NCBI GenBank assembly: GCA_002269645.1
Contig: NIVC01001462.1
Coordinates: 186,001-250,000, forward strand
Source: Macrostomum lignano
Taxonomy: Eukaryota
Direction of reading: 5' to 3'
DNA: 64,000 nt
Shown here: in pieces, positions 35,301 through 48,718 of the stretch
Layout of the letters: every line of letters starts with the position of its first letter
Numbering within the stretch: the stretch's first letter is position 1
Notes under the pieces: model-generated
Database searches by the model: none
The model's input: the letters and a program-made list of their open reading frames with translations, nothing else
What the model was told of the DNA's origin: nothing
Program-made: the position numbers and the translations under genes

Positions 35301-38300
35301 GAGAGCTTTAGTAAGTACGCTTGCGCAAACCTCAATTTCTGTTTTATTGCTGCTCTAACAATTCACTGCAAATCCAGCTTTTTTTGTTTGATGCTGTTCA
35401 GAAACTGCGGGAGAGTTTATCGGCTTCAGTGGAGATCCAAGAGCGCTTTGAAGAGGAGCTGAAAAGCTTTCGGAATTGGTCCACCGAGGCTCGAGCTAGT
35501 GAAGCCAATCTACTTATCAACACAAGCCTTGAACCGGTTAATGCCGCAGCAGCGTCCGCGCAGCTAAGCGAAGTGAAGTATTTACAATGTGACGTTGAAC
35601 ATCATTCCTCATCGCTGACCAGGATTACAGAAATTGGCAAGAGACTGGCTCAAAGTGACGAGTTAAACGCCGTTCTTCGTGAGCGCATTTTACAGCAGAA
35701 GAAAGGAATTGAAAAAATATACGGCAAATTGAAGGTTCAGCTGGAGTCTAAGAAGGTGAGTCCGTGACGTTAATGGGTATACCATTTTGAACTTACTGTG
35801 GAGTTACTTCAGTAACCGACATCGCCCTCTCCATCTCACAGAAAATAGCTGACAGACATGATCGGATGTGCAAGAAGTTAGCCAAATTTAATTATTTGAC
35901 TGACAAAGCGAAATCTTTGATGAAGAAGTGCCATCAGAAACTTGACGAGTTACGCAATAATCTGAATACGGTCCCTGTTGAAGAACGTGACGTAATGGTG
36001 AGAATGGATCTTGTTGATGCACTTGTAAATACCTTGTAAATGCTAAACACTGATGCCATAAACCTTTGCAACCCAATTAGCTAATCGAATCGGAAATTAG
36101 CAACGGAAAATTACACAACCTGACGCGCGCAATCGAGGCTGGCGAGGGTCTCAAGCAGAAATCGAACTGTCCTCCCTATGTCGCTGCACATGTCAAAGAG
36201 GTCGATGGTCTGTGGTGCTCGCTGGACTACAAGTTAGCCGGAGTGCAGAAGGAGGTTAAGGATTCGATTAGAAAGCGGCTCGAAGTGCGACAGCAACTGC
36301 AGGAAGCCGACACCAGGCTGAAAGGTTTGGAGACGCTTTTAAATGATCCGTCTCGGCAGAAAAAAAGTTCTTCTAAATGAGCAAGTTCAACAGGTTAATG
36401 AGCTTAGCCTTAAGGTAAGCTGAATCAGAGAGAATCAGATAAAATAATTTATTTTCAAGAATTAGAAAGCCTTGTTCTTCTAGCTTTTGTTCTAACTTTC
36501 GTGCTGTAACCATCAAGCATTCCTCCAAAATCGAATTTTGCACATTTTTCAAGGCATTCAGCTTCTAATTGTTATATTTTTAGACAATAAAAGAAGATGG
36601 TCATAAATTGAAGACAACACTAGAGCAACTAAACCGAAGCGCGTCAATGCAGAGGTATGGCATCAGAGAACAACATGACTCATTATTAAATCGTTGTCAA
36701 ACGCTTCAGAAAACGGTTCAGGTAAGTTTAAACAATTTTAATCTGTGAGGGGTGTCCCAGAAGTAGTGTCACTTTTGCTTGTAAAGCTTATTCTAATGGA
36801 ACACTTAACTGGGAAACACATGATAAAGCGGCACAGTCTAGCTAAATTTTGACGTTGAAATTTGGAAAAAATTACACACTTTCTAGTTGTGACAGAAAGT
36901 AAAAATGAATCTACTTCTGGGAAACCTAGTGGCGTTGCAGCTAGGACGACAGGGGGGGGGGGGGGTACGATCCCTCCAAGAAAAATCTATGGGGGGCTAC
37001 CAATGCTTTGCCTTCCACCCTATCTAGTGACCAAGAGGACCAAAAAGATGGAAATAAAAAAATTTGCTACAAGGCGTCATAATGAGTGCCTGCGGTGGCT
37101 AAATGACAACAATGGTGCAACACTGATTCCCAAAATAATACAGGAATTTAGTCATGCAAAAATCTTGGCTTTGTCCCCCCACCATATAATCCATAACGAC
37201 GCCCCAGGGGAAACCCCGTAGTTGCAGAAGCAACAATAGTGATTCCAATCAATTGCAGACATTGCTTGACGAGCTCTCCACCTCGGTGAAAGAGCAGCAG
37301 ACTTGGACTGCTTCCGTTGAAAAGTTCAAACGGGATGTCCAAGAATGGATGAAGCTTTGCAGTGACTGCACGGTTCAAGAGAACGACGCAACTGAACATT
37401 CGGGAAACTGGCAGAGCCTAGCAGAACAGCTGGCCAAAACGGGCGAAGAGATGCAAGTAAACTTTGATGCAATGCAACAGAAGTACCTAAGACTTGCAGA
37501 CAGTCACCACAGCAGTCTTGATCTTCATGAACAAATGCACGAAATAAATCGTTCTTTTTGTAAAGCTAAGGACGGTGCAGCTGCATCTCTGGTAAGTGAT
37601 TAGAGTAATCAAGAGAACTACAGAGAGAATTTTGCAGCTAAATTATTTGTTTTAATTTCAGGATGCGCTGCAAAATCGAATTCAGTTGGCCGAGTTTGTT
37701 AACCAGTTCGACCATCTGGTGTCGGCTGCCTCAGACTGGGCAAATTCCATTGACGCTTTGTTGGCTGAAATCGAAAATAAAATGCTGGTAGAGCCAGTAG
37801 CCCAAGAGGAGATGCAGGTATGTAAAATCTAAACAACATTTGCATACGAAGTTTTTAAATTCAATAATTTAAAAATGTCACTTTTTAGTTAATTGACGAC
37901 AGCTTTCCGGAGGGTGACAGCAAGTTTTACCAAGCAGTAGAAGCTGGTACCGCTCTGATGAACAAGCAGTTCTGTCCTGCTAGGGTTGGACATCAGCTTG
38001 CAGATTTGGAGGTGCAATTTCTCCAGTTAGAACAACACAAGCAGCAAGTTAAGATCAGCGTTTACAATTTACAAAAGGCAGAAGTTCTGAAAGATGAAAT
38101 TAATAGATTGGATCGGGAGTTGATGACTGCTGAGGCCAAGCTCAAGCGCTGCTGTGATCGACAAGACGCTGAGCTCGCTTGTAGAAAGCAGCAGAGAGCA
38201 GAGCTGGAAGTATGAGCTGTTTTATTAATTGCTTTTAATATACAGTGCAAAGAGTTTTGTTTAAATAATCACACTAAAGCGAGTTGTTTTCAATTTGCTA

Positions 38301-40842
38301 GACAATACTGAGCGAGATCCAAGTCATGAAGAATAGATTCACAATTCTCTGCTTGGATTCTGACATTGCGTGCGCCAAGCATGACGAGTATCGCATCAAT
38401 TCCTGCAGAGAATGGTATTATGAATTGGAAGACACAGCTCAGGTAATTATAACTTCTCTGCAAATATTTTTGTTTAACTACGTTTTTTAATTGTCTGGGT
38501 TTCTACTTTCAGAAACATTTAGAGAAACTGAGCCAATCGATTGAGCATCATGAAAAGTTTGAGAAGAAACTGAGAGAGATGCGCAAAAAAGTTTGCGATA
38601 TAAATAGAAAATTTGAGCAAACGAATGCTGCCAGAAACTTACTCCAGTCACTTTCCTATGTGGATCTTCAAAAACAATTGGAGCTTTTGAGATCCTACCA
38701 CTCTGATGTCGACAGTTGTTCATCAGAAAGTTCTCTGGGCAGTTTACTGAGGAATGTAATTGACACCATGATTGACAAAAGACACTCTGAGCCACGCAGA
38801 ACTGTTGAGGCTCAGTATGAGTCATTCAAGAATGAGATTGACAGTCTGAAGTCTTCGATAACAGTGGCAGAGGTTAGTTTTTGCATCTTTATATTGCTAT
38901 ACTTCGTACTTTTCTATCACGCGAATACGAGCTAAACTCTCACAAGTTGTTTTTCAATAATGTTTTGAATTACGCTTGTAGAAAACTGTCACAGAAAAGC
39001 TGATACTTTCTGTTCAAGCGAAAAAGCAACAGTTTGATAAAGAATTTTTGCATTGCTCAAACTGGATTTCCGGAAAGTCCGAATCCTTGCCTCGAATTCA
39101 ATCAGCAATCTCGGACTCCGAAGACCTGAGCCTCATTGATCAGCAGGTGAAATGCCTGGCTGACCTGTGCTGCGAAATCGATCAGTGGCAGAGCACTGTA
39201 GAAAATGTAAAGCAACTGGGCAGGGATCTCACGGAGCAGTCGGGCCAGCTAGATGCCAGGCCAGTGAGCCAACAGAATGTCCAGGAATTGGTGACGTCGT
39301 TAGCCATCCGGTACGACTATTTGAAAGCAGACGCGGCTCAAAATCTGGTGAGACACTTTTTAGTTCTTTTAAAGCTGTGACACTTTCGGGAATGTAATAA
39401 GCACCAGTAAAAACAGGTTGCGTTATTATTTAAACAAACAAAAAGATGCATAAAAGCAGTTCGAAAGTTGCAATGATAGGCGGTAGAAAGCATAGTTGTT
39501 GCATCTACACGTGTAAGTGCACTTGGAAAGTAAAAGTGCATTTTTGGTGCTTTTGTTTAGTTGTGCTGTATTTAAACTGAAATTTAACTTATGTATTTTT
39601 ACATAGGCGTCACTCGCTATACTTGTTTAAATCCTTTTTCATTTATCAGGCAGACGGGAAGCAACATTTCAGCCAGAAATATGCCACTGCCTGCAGAGAT
39701 TTTGAAAGACGAAGGCGGCACATCTGTGAATGGATAGAAGGCACGCTATCGAAAATCGGCGATCTCAGTTATCAGTTTGAGGACAGGCGCCTCGATGTGA
39801 GTATTGGATTGAGTAGCTGTAATGACCCCAAAAAACTTTAACAACCATTTGGCAACTCAGTTTAATGTAAATGTATTAAATCCGCGTAAATTCAAGGCAA
39901 TCGAGAACAGCATGGCAGAAGATGGAGAGCGGTGGTTGAACTCAGCCCTGAAAGCTGGCACCAGAATTCCCGCCAGGCTGCAATCCACTTCGGGAGTCGA
40001 ACCTCACCCGGAAATCCAAAGACAGTTAGAAGAGCTCATGGACCATTGGGACGTGCTTAACTCTGCTGTTAACCAGGTGTGATTGACTTTACTACAGTAC
40101 TTGTGTTTGTATAACTGAGCTGGCTATAGCCATAGGCCTACAATTACATACAGTAATATAGGCTTAATCTTCCGCATGATCACAACCTTTTCGCTTCCAC
40201 TGATGCAATCCCTTTGCTAAACCATTCTGTGTACAGGTCAGAGCAAATGCTCAGGCTGAGCAGCCTAGTCAACAAAGCGACACTGCGATGAGTCGAAAAT
40301 TTCTACAATGCGCACATGTGCCCGACCGGGAACTTCGTAAAAAGTTACAATCTGGATTAAGCATGCACATTTTAAGCATCGAAGAAATAAGGAATCCTGT
40401 TTTAGACCGACGCTTTAATGATGTTCGAAGCCAATTATTTGATAGCAACTGCCAGCCAAAGCTGCTCTTTCATGGAACAAAAGAAGAAAATGCAGAATGC
40501 ATTATCAGAGAGGGTTTCAGATTTGGACATCGGGGCAAGTTTGGGGTGGGAATCTACTTTGCCACCAATTTGGCGAGCTCAGCCCGGCACTCTGAGGACG
40601 CGATAAAGTGCCTGCTAGTATGCGAAGTCCTGGTGGGCTTGAAGTGGACTTGCAACGATATTAATGACGAAATTGATTTGAGCATGGTTCAGGGCCGGGG
40701 CTTCGATTCTGTTTACTCGCGGTTGGAATTCCTCAACACCGCTGGAGGCGGCGCTGATGACGAAGACAAGGATGAGTACGTGATCTACAGGACTGAGCAG
40801 GCTACACCCCGGTATCTGGTAAAACTACTGCTTGATACTTAA
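32320..40842 (+). CDS. Multi-exon spectrin-repeat (nesprin/dystrophin-like) rod ending in a PARP domain (copy 4)
   Basis: About 18 short-intron exons with spectrin signatures (FSRMQSWVSGKEKSL; FEEELKSFRNW; LEELMDHWDVL). The exon ending aac cag|gt at 40076 splices in phase 0 to acag|gtc at 40237, which is open through FHGT, GIYFA and DEYVIY to the stop at 40842. Apparent frameshift in an A7 run at 36360-36366. Confidence 0.8.
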
Positions 40843-41182
40843 ATGTAAAGTCTGAATTTACTTATTCAATTATTTTAGTTGATTTTCAATTGTAACTGAT
40901 TAAGATCATTTGACACTGTCTAAGACTAAAACAAACTGTTATTAAAACAAATATTTCCTTCAACGTTAAAAAGTTTGAATAACTTGTTGCACACCTGTAG
41001 TAAGGAGAAACTCCAAAACATTTTTGCATGCTTTACAACTTAAAATATTCTAATTAAGAACTCTTCAAGGCAATGATTTGATTTTTATTCAATTCTTTTC
41101 TGTCTTTCATACGCTCGTAAGCTGATTGTATCGTCCTAGGAGACAAGGGGGTATAGGAGCGTCCAAACCAAGAGACAGGGAA

Positions 41183-41395
41183 ACAGGGGCGCTCACCCAC
41201 AGAGAGGGGCGCCTGTATCAAGACACAGGGGCGCTCACCCACAGAGAGGGGCGCCTGTACCAAGACACAGGGGCGCTCACCCACAGAGAGGGGCGCCTGT
41301 ATCAAGACACAGGGGCGCTCACCCACAGAGAGGGGCGCCTGTATCAAGACACAGGGGCGCTCACCCACAGAGAGGGGCGCCTGTATCAAGACACA
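41183..41395. repeat. Minisatellite, 5 x 42 bp, within a MITE-like fragment (end cctgcgtacgccactg at 41509)
   Basis: Unit acaggggcgctcacccacagagaggggcgcctgtatcaagac. Confidence 0.9.
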
Positions 41396-42144
41396 CGGAC
41401 GCTTAGCAAGAGAAAGGGCGCCCACTGCGAAAACAAATATCGGTGCCTTTTTTGGAGGGTTAGTGAGGTAAGTGGCCCCCTCCAATTAATATTCCTGCGT
41501 ACGCCACTGCTTTCTTGACAAAGGTATTCTATATACTGCGGTGCGTAAAATAAAGTCTAAAAAAATCTGTCAATAATTTTTGCAAGCAAATGCTTTATAA
41601 ATATATATTTGTTTTTTTTAAGTACTTTCACTTACAATTACATTGTATATAGTCGAAGACCCGTCATAATAATAGTATAGTAATGGTTTTAGTAGGTCAC
41701 ATTAAAGAGCACAGCGCCACAGGACGTTCCTTAATTACGTCATTCGTGTAGAGATTGCTAGCTAATAGAAGTTAGGTACATTTACACGATGTAGTGCACT
41801 TACAGTAGTAAGAGAAAGTTTTATGCAGCATAAGCACGAAGCAAAATTAACTTACACTCAGTATCAAATGACAACAAGTGCAATTTGGTAGACCAGTTTT
41901 CTGACCAATAATTGTTACATTTAAATAGTTGCTAAGAAGTAAAGAGATGGAAATCGCGGATTTTTTCTCGGCAGTTAAAAATCTTTTTGTGACGGTGTGG
42001 GCTAGGGATATAGTTTGTTCATCAACCTCAAAAGCCGAAGGTTGTTATGGATAGTAAGCTCCCTGGTTGGTAGTACTTCATCATGTGACCCAATGCGTTA
42101 GCGCATTATTAATAAACCAACTTAGCGCGAACGTCTAAGTGGAG

Positions 42145-42370
42145 CAGGGGTCTACAAACTCCGGCCAGAGGGCCCTATGCGGCCTGCAACCCTCAACTCT
42201 ATCCGGCCTCGGGTCCTTTGAAATTTCACAATAGCAGTTCGGCCTGCTCACGGTTTGCGTCTCTTCTCAGCTCTCTAGTCGAGTCTGAAGTCTCTTTTCT
42301 CTCCTCTCCTCTGACCCGCAGTCATGAGCTAGGTTCTCTATCTAGCCTTTCAGGTGTTTGCCAACCCCTG
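42145..42370. mobile_element. hAT/Charlie-like MITE
   Basis: CAGGGGT...ACCCCTG ends. The right flank gtctagag fits the NTCTAGAN target preference; the left TSD is imperfect. Confidence 0.6.
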
Positions 42371-42639
42371 GTCTAGAGCATACAAAGTGCAATAGTTTTT
42401 TAACTTGGAATGAGCTGATAGCTACACTGTTTGTATTAAAGAGATGGAACTCGCTAAAACAGTAGCTGTAGCCGTTATAGCTGAATTGTTGAAGACAAAT
42501 GCTTTTTAGAATTTGCTCTGGTTACATCTAGCAGATGTTCTTAGCCAGGGGTGGATTTAGGAGAAGGGGCGGGGGCGAAACAGCTTGATAGAACATAATG
42601 CGCCCCCTCAAAACATAAGTTTGCGCCATTTAAACTTGA

Positions 42640-42880
42640 TTTTTCGCCCCCTTCACGCATTTTTTGCGCCCCTAAGCTTGATTCCCCCCCTACACGCATT
42701 TTTTTCGACCCTAAGCTTGATTCCCCCCCTACACGCATTTTTTGCGCCCCTAAGCTTGATTCCCCCCCCCCCTACACGCATTTTTTGCGACTCTAAGCTT
42801 GATTCCCCCCCCCTACACGCATTTTTTGCGACCCTAAGCTTGATCCCCCCCCCCTACACGCATTTTTTGCGCCCCAAGCT
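42640..42880. repeat. About 40-bp minisatellite (ctacacgcattttttgcgcccctaagcttgattccccccc) inside a GC-ended MITE-like element
   Basis: About 6 imperfect tandem copies. Confidence 0.85.
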
Positions 42881-43348
42881 TAAAATTGGCGCCCCTCATG
42901 TTGCAATACTTATGTTGGCGCCCCAATAAATTGATAACATGCAACTCGCAAAGCGCTCACAATTAAACAAGCAAATGAATAAAGAACAGAAAAACGTGAT
43001 AACACTCTGGATCTGAAAAAAACGCATTAATGCACCTTTTTCAAGCTATAGATTTTGTGTACTGGGAAACGGCATTAAAACATTAAACCATAGACAGAAC
43101 CCTAATTCCTAAACCCTAACGTCGATCATCGGCAGTCAATTTGTGACAGTCGAATTGCGGCAGTCAATTTGTCACTCTCACTGTGCAGAAATAGTATGCC
43201 CTGGTTTAGAAAGATAACTTGCATTTCTGACTTTTGGAATTTAGATTAAAAAGTGCCAAAAAACCTCGACAAGAAAGCGGTAAAAACGCAAACTGAAAAA
43301 AACATCTGTCACATGGAAATGTGGACGCGAAAAATTTCAGTGCAAATT

Positions 43349-46300
43349 TCACGTGAACTTAACCAGGTACCTCGGTGTGGCCTGCTCTGGCCGGTACACT
43401 ATGTACTCATCATTGACGACTCCTCCAGTGTTCTTGGTATTTCTTTTAGCAAACACAGAATCGTAGCCGGCAGCTCGAATCGAATCCAAGGTCAGGTCAT
43501 GCCTGGGTGCTTTGCACAGCATTGTCTTGCCAAGAACAACCTCGCACAATAGCAGAGTCTTCACTCCGCTCTCCCTACAGTACTGGGCGCTCTTTGTAGT
43601 GTCGGTGGCAAAATAGATACCAGCACCAAACATGCCTTTAGATCCGATGCGAAATCCATCCTTGATAATGCTCTCAGCGCTACTGCCGGAAGTTCCGTGA
43701 ATGAGCAGTTCTGGGGAGCAATTTTTTTTAAATAGTTCATTATACACATTGTACAGACGCCCATCCAGAGTTGGATTAACAATCCTTTCAATGCTTTTCA
43801 CTTGGACACTGATTTTGTGCTCCGGTTTTATGTAGCGCATTACTCTATCGTGGATTTTAACGTATTCCAAAGCGGTCTCTTCGCTGTCTTCGTTTAGTAT
43901 CGTACGCTCGGTGCCGCCTCTGCCGTCCCGACTGCCGTCAGCCAGCCGCTCCGTGTGAATCTGGGACGCCAGTGACCAGCACTTGGAGCAAAATCGATTG
44001 TTCATTCGCCGACAGGAAGTTCGCCAGTCAAGCTCTTCAGTGTGGCCGCAGTCAAAACGTCTTTTGCACTTCTCCTGCAAGAAATGGAAGGAAAAGTTAG
44101 CAAATTTTCTTAAAGAATAAAAGATGAAAAACGTAAATGAGCATACCCGAATCTGCTTCGCGATCTCTTTGAGCACACCGTAGCTGTGCTTAAGCTGATC
44201 CACCTGCTGTTTGATCTCGTAACGGTTTCTGGGATTTAGCTTCATAATTTGTTGAGCCAATCGACCGACTTCGTCAACTCTAGTTTTGAGTCTATCAGTC
44301 TCGGAGCATAAATCGTTTAGTCGTTTATCTTGTTGCTCCAGCAACTGACTTTGCTGCTGTTGCATCCGCTGCTCCTGTTGTTGCATGGATGGAGACGGTG
44401 CAAACATCTGAAACAGGCCTGCTCTTTTTGGATTAAAAGGCTGACTCGATTTTTCCGCATCCTGCGCTGAAGCTTCGTTCAAGATAGCAGTCATGGTCTG
44501 TTCTATCTGAGTTGTACACTGCCGCAGTCGTGTGGAAAACTGTTCGCGCATTTGGGCGGCCTCGCCGAAATCCGGTGGGGTGGCCGCTTCCTCTTCGTAA
44601 AGAGTTGGCGGCTGTCGTTGCTGCTGCCTATCCGCATGTTGCTTTCTACGAAAATTTTGATGGCGTCGATCGCGAAATGAGCCGGATCGGTGAAACTGTT
44701 GATGGAAATCTGTGTCTTCTTTAACTATAGCCTCGGCACCTTGAGAGCCAACGCGTCCATCTGAAAGTTGCTGAGGCCCTTGCCGGTTCATTACAGCCTC
44801 AGCTTGAGCCGGCAGAGACTGCATGAAACTTGTCTGAAATAAACAGTACAAAAGGAATTCTCGATGTATAATTTAGGACACAAATATTACTGAATAGAAC
44901 TCATTGAAGACTCATTTTTATCCTTACCTGTGCCGGTGTGACAGCTTCTGAGGTTGTCTTCCAGTTGTCCGAACGATGGCTGGAGTCGCCGGTATGCGAC
45001 AGCTGGAAGGGCGATAGTTTTCTCAAAATGTAGCATCTACATTGATCATTATAAGATATTTTTAAGCATCAATCATCAACTTGTTGATAAACTTTGAACG
45101 TGTGTCAGAGCACTTGTAAAGTAATTTTAAAGCGATTAAAGCAGCTTTACTAGTACTTTGATTGATCGATCGAAAAGCCCTCACCTGCAGATGCAGATGC
45201 TCAATCGCTTCTTTCAGTCCGGCATAGCTCTCTTTTAGGTGTCGCACCTGCTGATCTATCTCACCGCACAGCTCAACGTTACCAGAATTGCCCTTGACAA
45301 GTTGCCGTCCAAGCCAAGAAACGGTGCTCACGTTGCTCCACCGTTCTTCCACTTCGCGGCTCACGCTTGGCAGACGGACACTCGAGTCGCCACTGAGATC
45401 GGCTGCATCGGAAATGCTTAGCACTGTCTTCATGGTGGCCTCGATCCAGGCGCGACACTCTTCCAGACTCTCGTGGTAGGAAGGTTGAGGACGCCTGCAT
45501 GGGGTTTTTGAGCAGGTTTTTAAAGTTCTTTGCTTGATGTCATTAAAGTTACAGGTATTCCATTTTGTTAAGGCAGTCGTTATTTTTCCGGTGACCGGAC
45601 GAATGGCCTTTTTACTATTTGTCCGGTCAAATTGCTAACTGATGAATATTCTAGATTTTTAAGACTTTTTCACGTATACTGATTAATATTTTGTTGTATA
45701 CTAGTAGACACTAGTGTACATGTATAAGAAAAGCAGTGTATTCAATTCGGCATAATTTGGTGTATAAGACAAACATTAGTATAACAACATAATAATCAAG
45801 ATACGAGTAAGAAGTCTTTGAAGTCTAGGATCACCCTTGTAGTTTCTATAAAATAGATATTTTAGCATTATCAATTTAACCGGTCAAATAATAAAAAGCC
45901 TATTTGTCCGGTATTAACCAGATGAACGGGAAAGCAATGGCCATTATCCAGTAACCGGACAAATAACCACATCGCTATTCGTCCGGTCACCGGACATATA
46001 ACAACTGCCTTTTGTTAAATTTACGCCTACACTTTTTAGCTTTAGCTTGGTCAACGTAGTTACCAAAAAATTGTTTACCATCGCAATAATGTCAGTTTCA
46101 CGAGTGACTACAATCTAAACTGATTTTAGAAAGGAATTTTCCTACATCTATAAATGGCAACTGTTGATGACAATTGACAGCTGGATTTCTGACGCAAAAA
46201 AACAGCAACAGAGGCACTCACTAGCTACTGATTAGTAACAAATATGAATGCAAGCCAAGCGACAGCATCACAATGCAACAATATCTTACCTTTGAGCACC

Positions 46301-48718
46301 ATAACCCCTGCTGCGACTGCCGCGCATTGATTGGCTACGAACAAAGTTTCCCATGGAGGAAGTCGGCCCTGCCGTCTTGACAGGGTAATTCTGCTAGAAT
46401 GAATGAAATCACATGAATATAATAATACAAATAATATTGGATTACACCCACCTTAATGGACCGCAGCTATTGCGCGTTGCATCTGAAGGCTCATACGGCT
46501 GTTCAGTCCAAGGACTGGCGGGTCGCCACACACACCCTCAATTACCCCAGCTAATGCTGGCACCCATTTTACAGCTGGGTGAACTGAAGCAATGAAGATT
46601 TAGTGTCTTGCTCAAGGGCACAAATTGTTCCAGTGGGACCAGAATCGAACTGCCGACCTTCCAAGTCGTGAGTCCGACGCTCTAACCACTAGGCTACAAC
46701 CCCAATGTCATAAAGGTTTAATGATAGTTGTGAGCACACTGAGCACGATTGATCTGCACCTTGGACTAGACTTTGAAACTACTTTGAAACATGAAACAGC
46801 TCTCATACTCGTAAGTGTACATGTACTCGTAGCTCGTAGTGTGATCAAAAGACATCACCCAGAATCACTTTAAATGTGCAGTACAATTGAAAAAGGTTCA
46901 ATCACCAAAGCAATTTGCTGGAGTCTTGACAGGTCCAACTGCTACTGGATGCATTTGAGACAAGCACTTAATTGTTAAGGTTGCAGCAAATGCAGCAGAA
47001 GTTGAGCGAATAGTTTCAGTTAGTTGTAAGCTTTCGATTATCAGTAGAGCTCTGAAAAGCGACCGATAAACATTGAAAATTGTTGGTAGAGACGCTGAAT
47101 TCCAGCGGTACGCAACAGCCTGCAGATGGTTGAGAGAAGGCAAGAGTTTTCCGAATGGCCTACCATTCTTGATCCAGTGGTTCATCGAATTTATCTGGAT
47201 GAGACTGGACTCAAGATTCGGACTCGAAGAAAACGATCAATAACTGCTTTAATGGTGCAGTCTACTCGACGTTAATGGACTGAATTTCCAACAACAGGCG
47301 CCCATCATTATATGGATGGTACGCGGTTACAAAATGGAGCTCGGATTCCGGAATTACATCAAGGCGGATTCAGCTCATCCAAATACTATCATATTCTACG
47401 ATTATGAATTTATGAGAGGTAATTACCCGGTGTTGGTACAGTGACAATAGCTCAAATTAATTGCATTACACAGCTGTAACTCGTGGTTGGGTTACATAGC
47501 CGCTATGGACAAATTAAGTGCTACTGTGCCACCATATCTTGCTACCATAGACAAAAACTCCATCACTTTAGCAAACAGACCTTGGATTAAATTCAATGTG
47601 TGCTACCCATTGGGCTGCAAAAAGCTATACCTGCGCCACTTGGTATATATTTCATAAAGGTGTTAAAGTTGCCTGCAGATTTCTAATCAAAAGTAAAAAC
47701 ATTAAGAAAAAGCACTTACATCTAAATGCAGCTGCTGAGCTTGACTTTGAGACTGACCCGTTCGAGTTACAGGTGCAGCTCGAACAGTTGTAGGGGCTGG
47801 CTGAGATGTGGCAAGCTGAACTACAGGTGCAGCTTCAGCAGTTGTAGGAGCTGGCTGAGGTGTGGCAAGCTGAACTACAGGTGCAGCTTGAACAGTTGTA
47901 GGGGCTGGCTGAGTTGTGGCAAGCTGAACTACAGGTGCAGCTTGAACAGTTGTAGGGGCTGGCTGAGTTGTGGCAAGCTGAACTACAGGTGCAGCTTGAA
48001 CAGTTGTAGGGGCTGGCTGAGGTGTGGCAAGCTGAACTACAGGTGCAGCTTGAACAGTTGTAGGGGCTGGCTGAGATGTGGCAAGCTGAACTACAGGTGC
48101 AGCTTGAACAGTTGTAGGGGCTGGCTGAGATGTGGCAAGCTGAACTACAGGTGCAGCTTGAACAGTTGTAGGGGCTGGCTGAGATGTGGCAAGCTGAACT
48201 ACAGGTGCAGCTTGAACAGTTGTAGGGGCTGGCTGAGATGTGGCAAGTTGAACTACAGGTGCAGCTTCAGCAGTTGGAGCTGGCTGAGGTGTGGCAAGCT
48301 GAACTACAGGTGCAGCTCCAGAAGTTTGATTCGCAGGTGCCGACTGATATTGAGCATCTAACGGAGCAGCCTGGACAACACATTTCGCACTTTCTGAGGA
48401 TTCTTGCTTGGGTAAAGTCGTGGTTTCTGCAGAGCAGTCAGCAGAAAATAGTTGAAAGCCACTCGATTCACCGCATTCGGAGCAAAACTTGCTGTCCAGT
48501 TCATCGGCTTCCTCTTCACATGAGATACAGCTCTTCTTCCACAAATCAATTTGGTGTAGGCATGGCGACGCAGAAAGCAAACATTTCGAGCAATAGTATT
48601 TAAAAAACTCTTTTTGTCCGCATCGTGCACAAAACTTAGCGTGCAACTTCTTAAGTATTGTATTGCACTTCAAACATTTTTTATACAAATTAGTTGACAG
48701 ATTATTACAACTGTTCAT
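43349..48718 (-). CDS. Complete 6-exon gene (~965 aa): double zinc ribbon - 18-aa repeats - spectrin repeats - Cys/His finger - PARP (copy 5)
   Basis: Exons 48718-47720, 46390-46290, 45494-45185, 45002-44928, 44833-44147 and 44074-43349. All introns are GT-AG, phases are consistent and there are no internal stops. Motifs CxxC..FCxxCG (twice), CKRRFDCGH..C..FCSKC, IHGT, GIYFA and NDEYIVY. Confidence 0.85.
45572..46010. mobile_element. hAT-type MITE in an intron
   Basis: TIR aggcagt.gttat..tccggtgaccggac at both ends and an 8-bp duplication tttgttaa. Confidence 0.8.
46455..46700 (-). mobile_element. tRNA-derived CORE-type SINE
   Basis: A box tagcctagtgg, B box gttcgattc, and MIR-core-like cttgagcaagacact...cagctgtaaaatggg. 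Second copy at 61525. Confidence 0.85.
47770..48320 (-). repeat. Coding minisatellite, about 10 x 54 bp (QAAPVVQLATSQPAPTTV)
   Basis: In-frame tandem units in exon 1 of the copy-5 gene. Confidence 0.92.

Noticed and set aside
36862-37221. 119-aa ORF inside the spectrin gene
   Set aside because: Lies in an intron over a poly-G MITE-like insert and is not in phase with the flanking exons.
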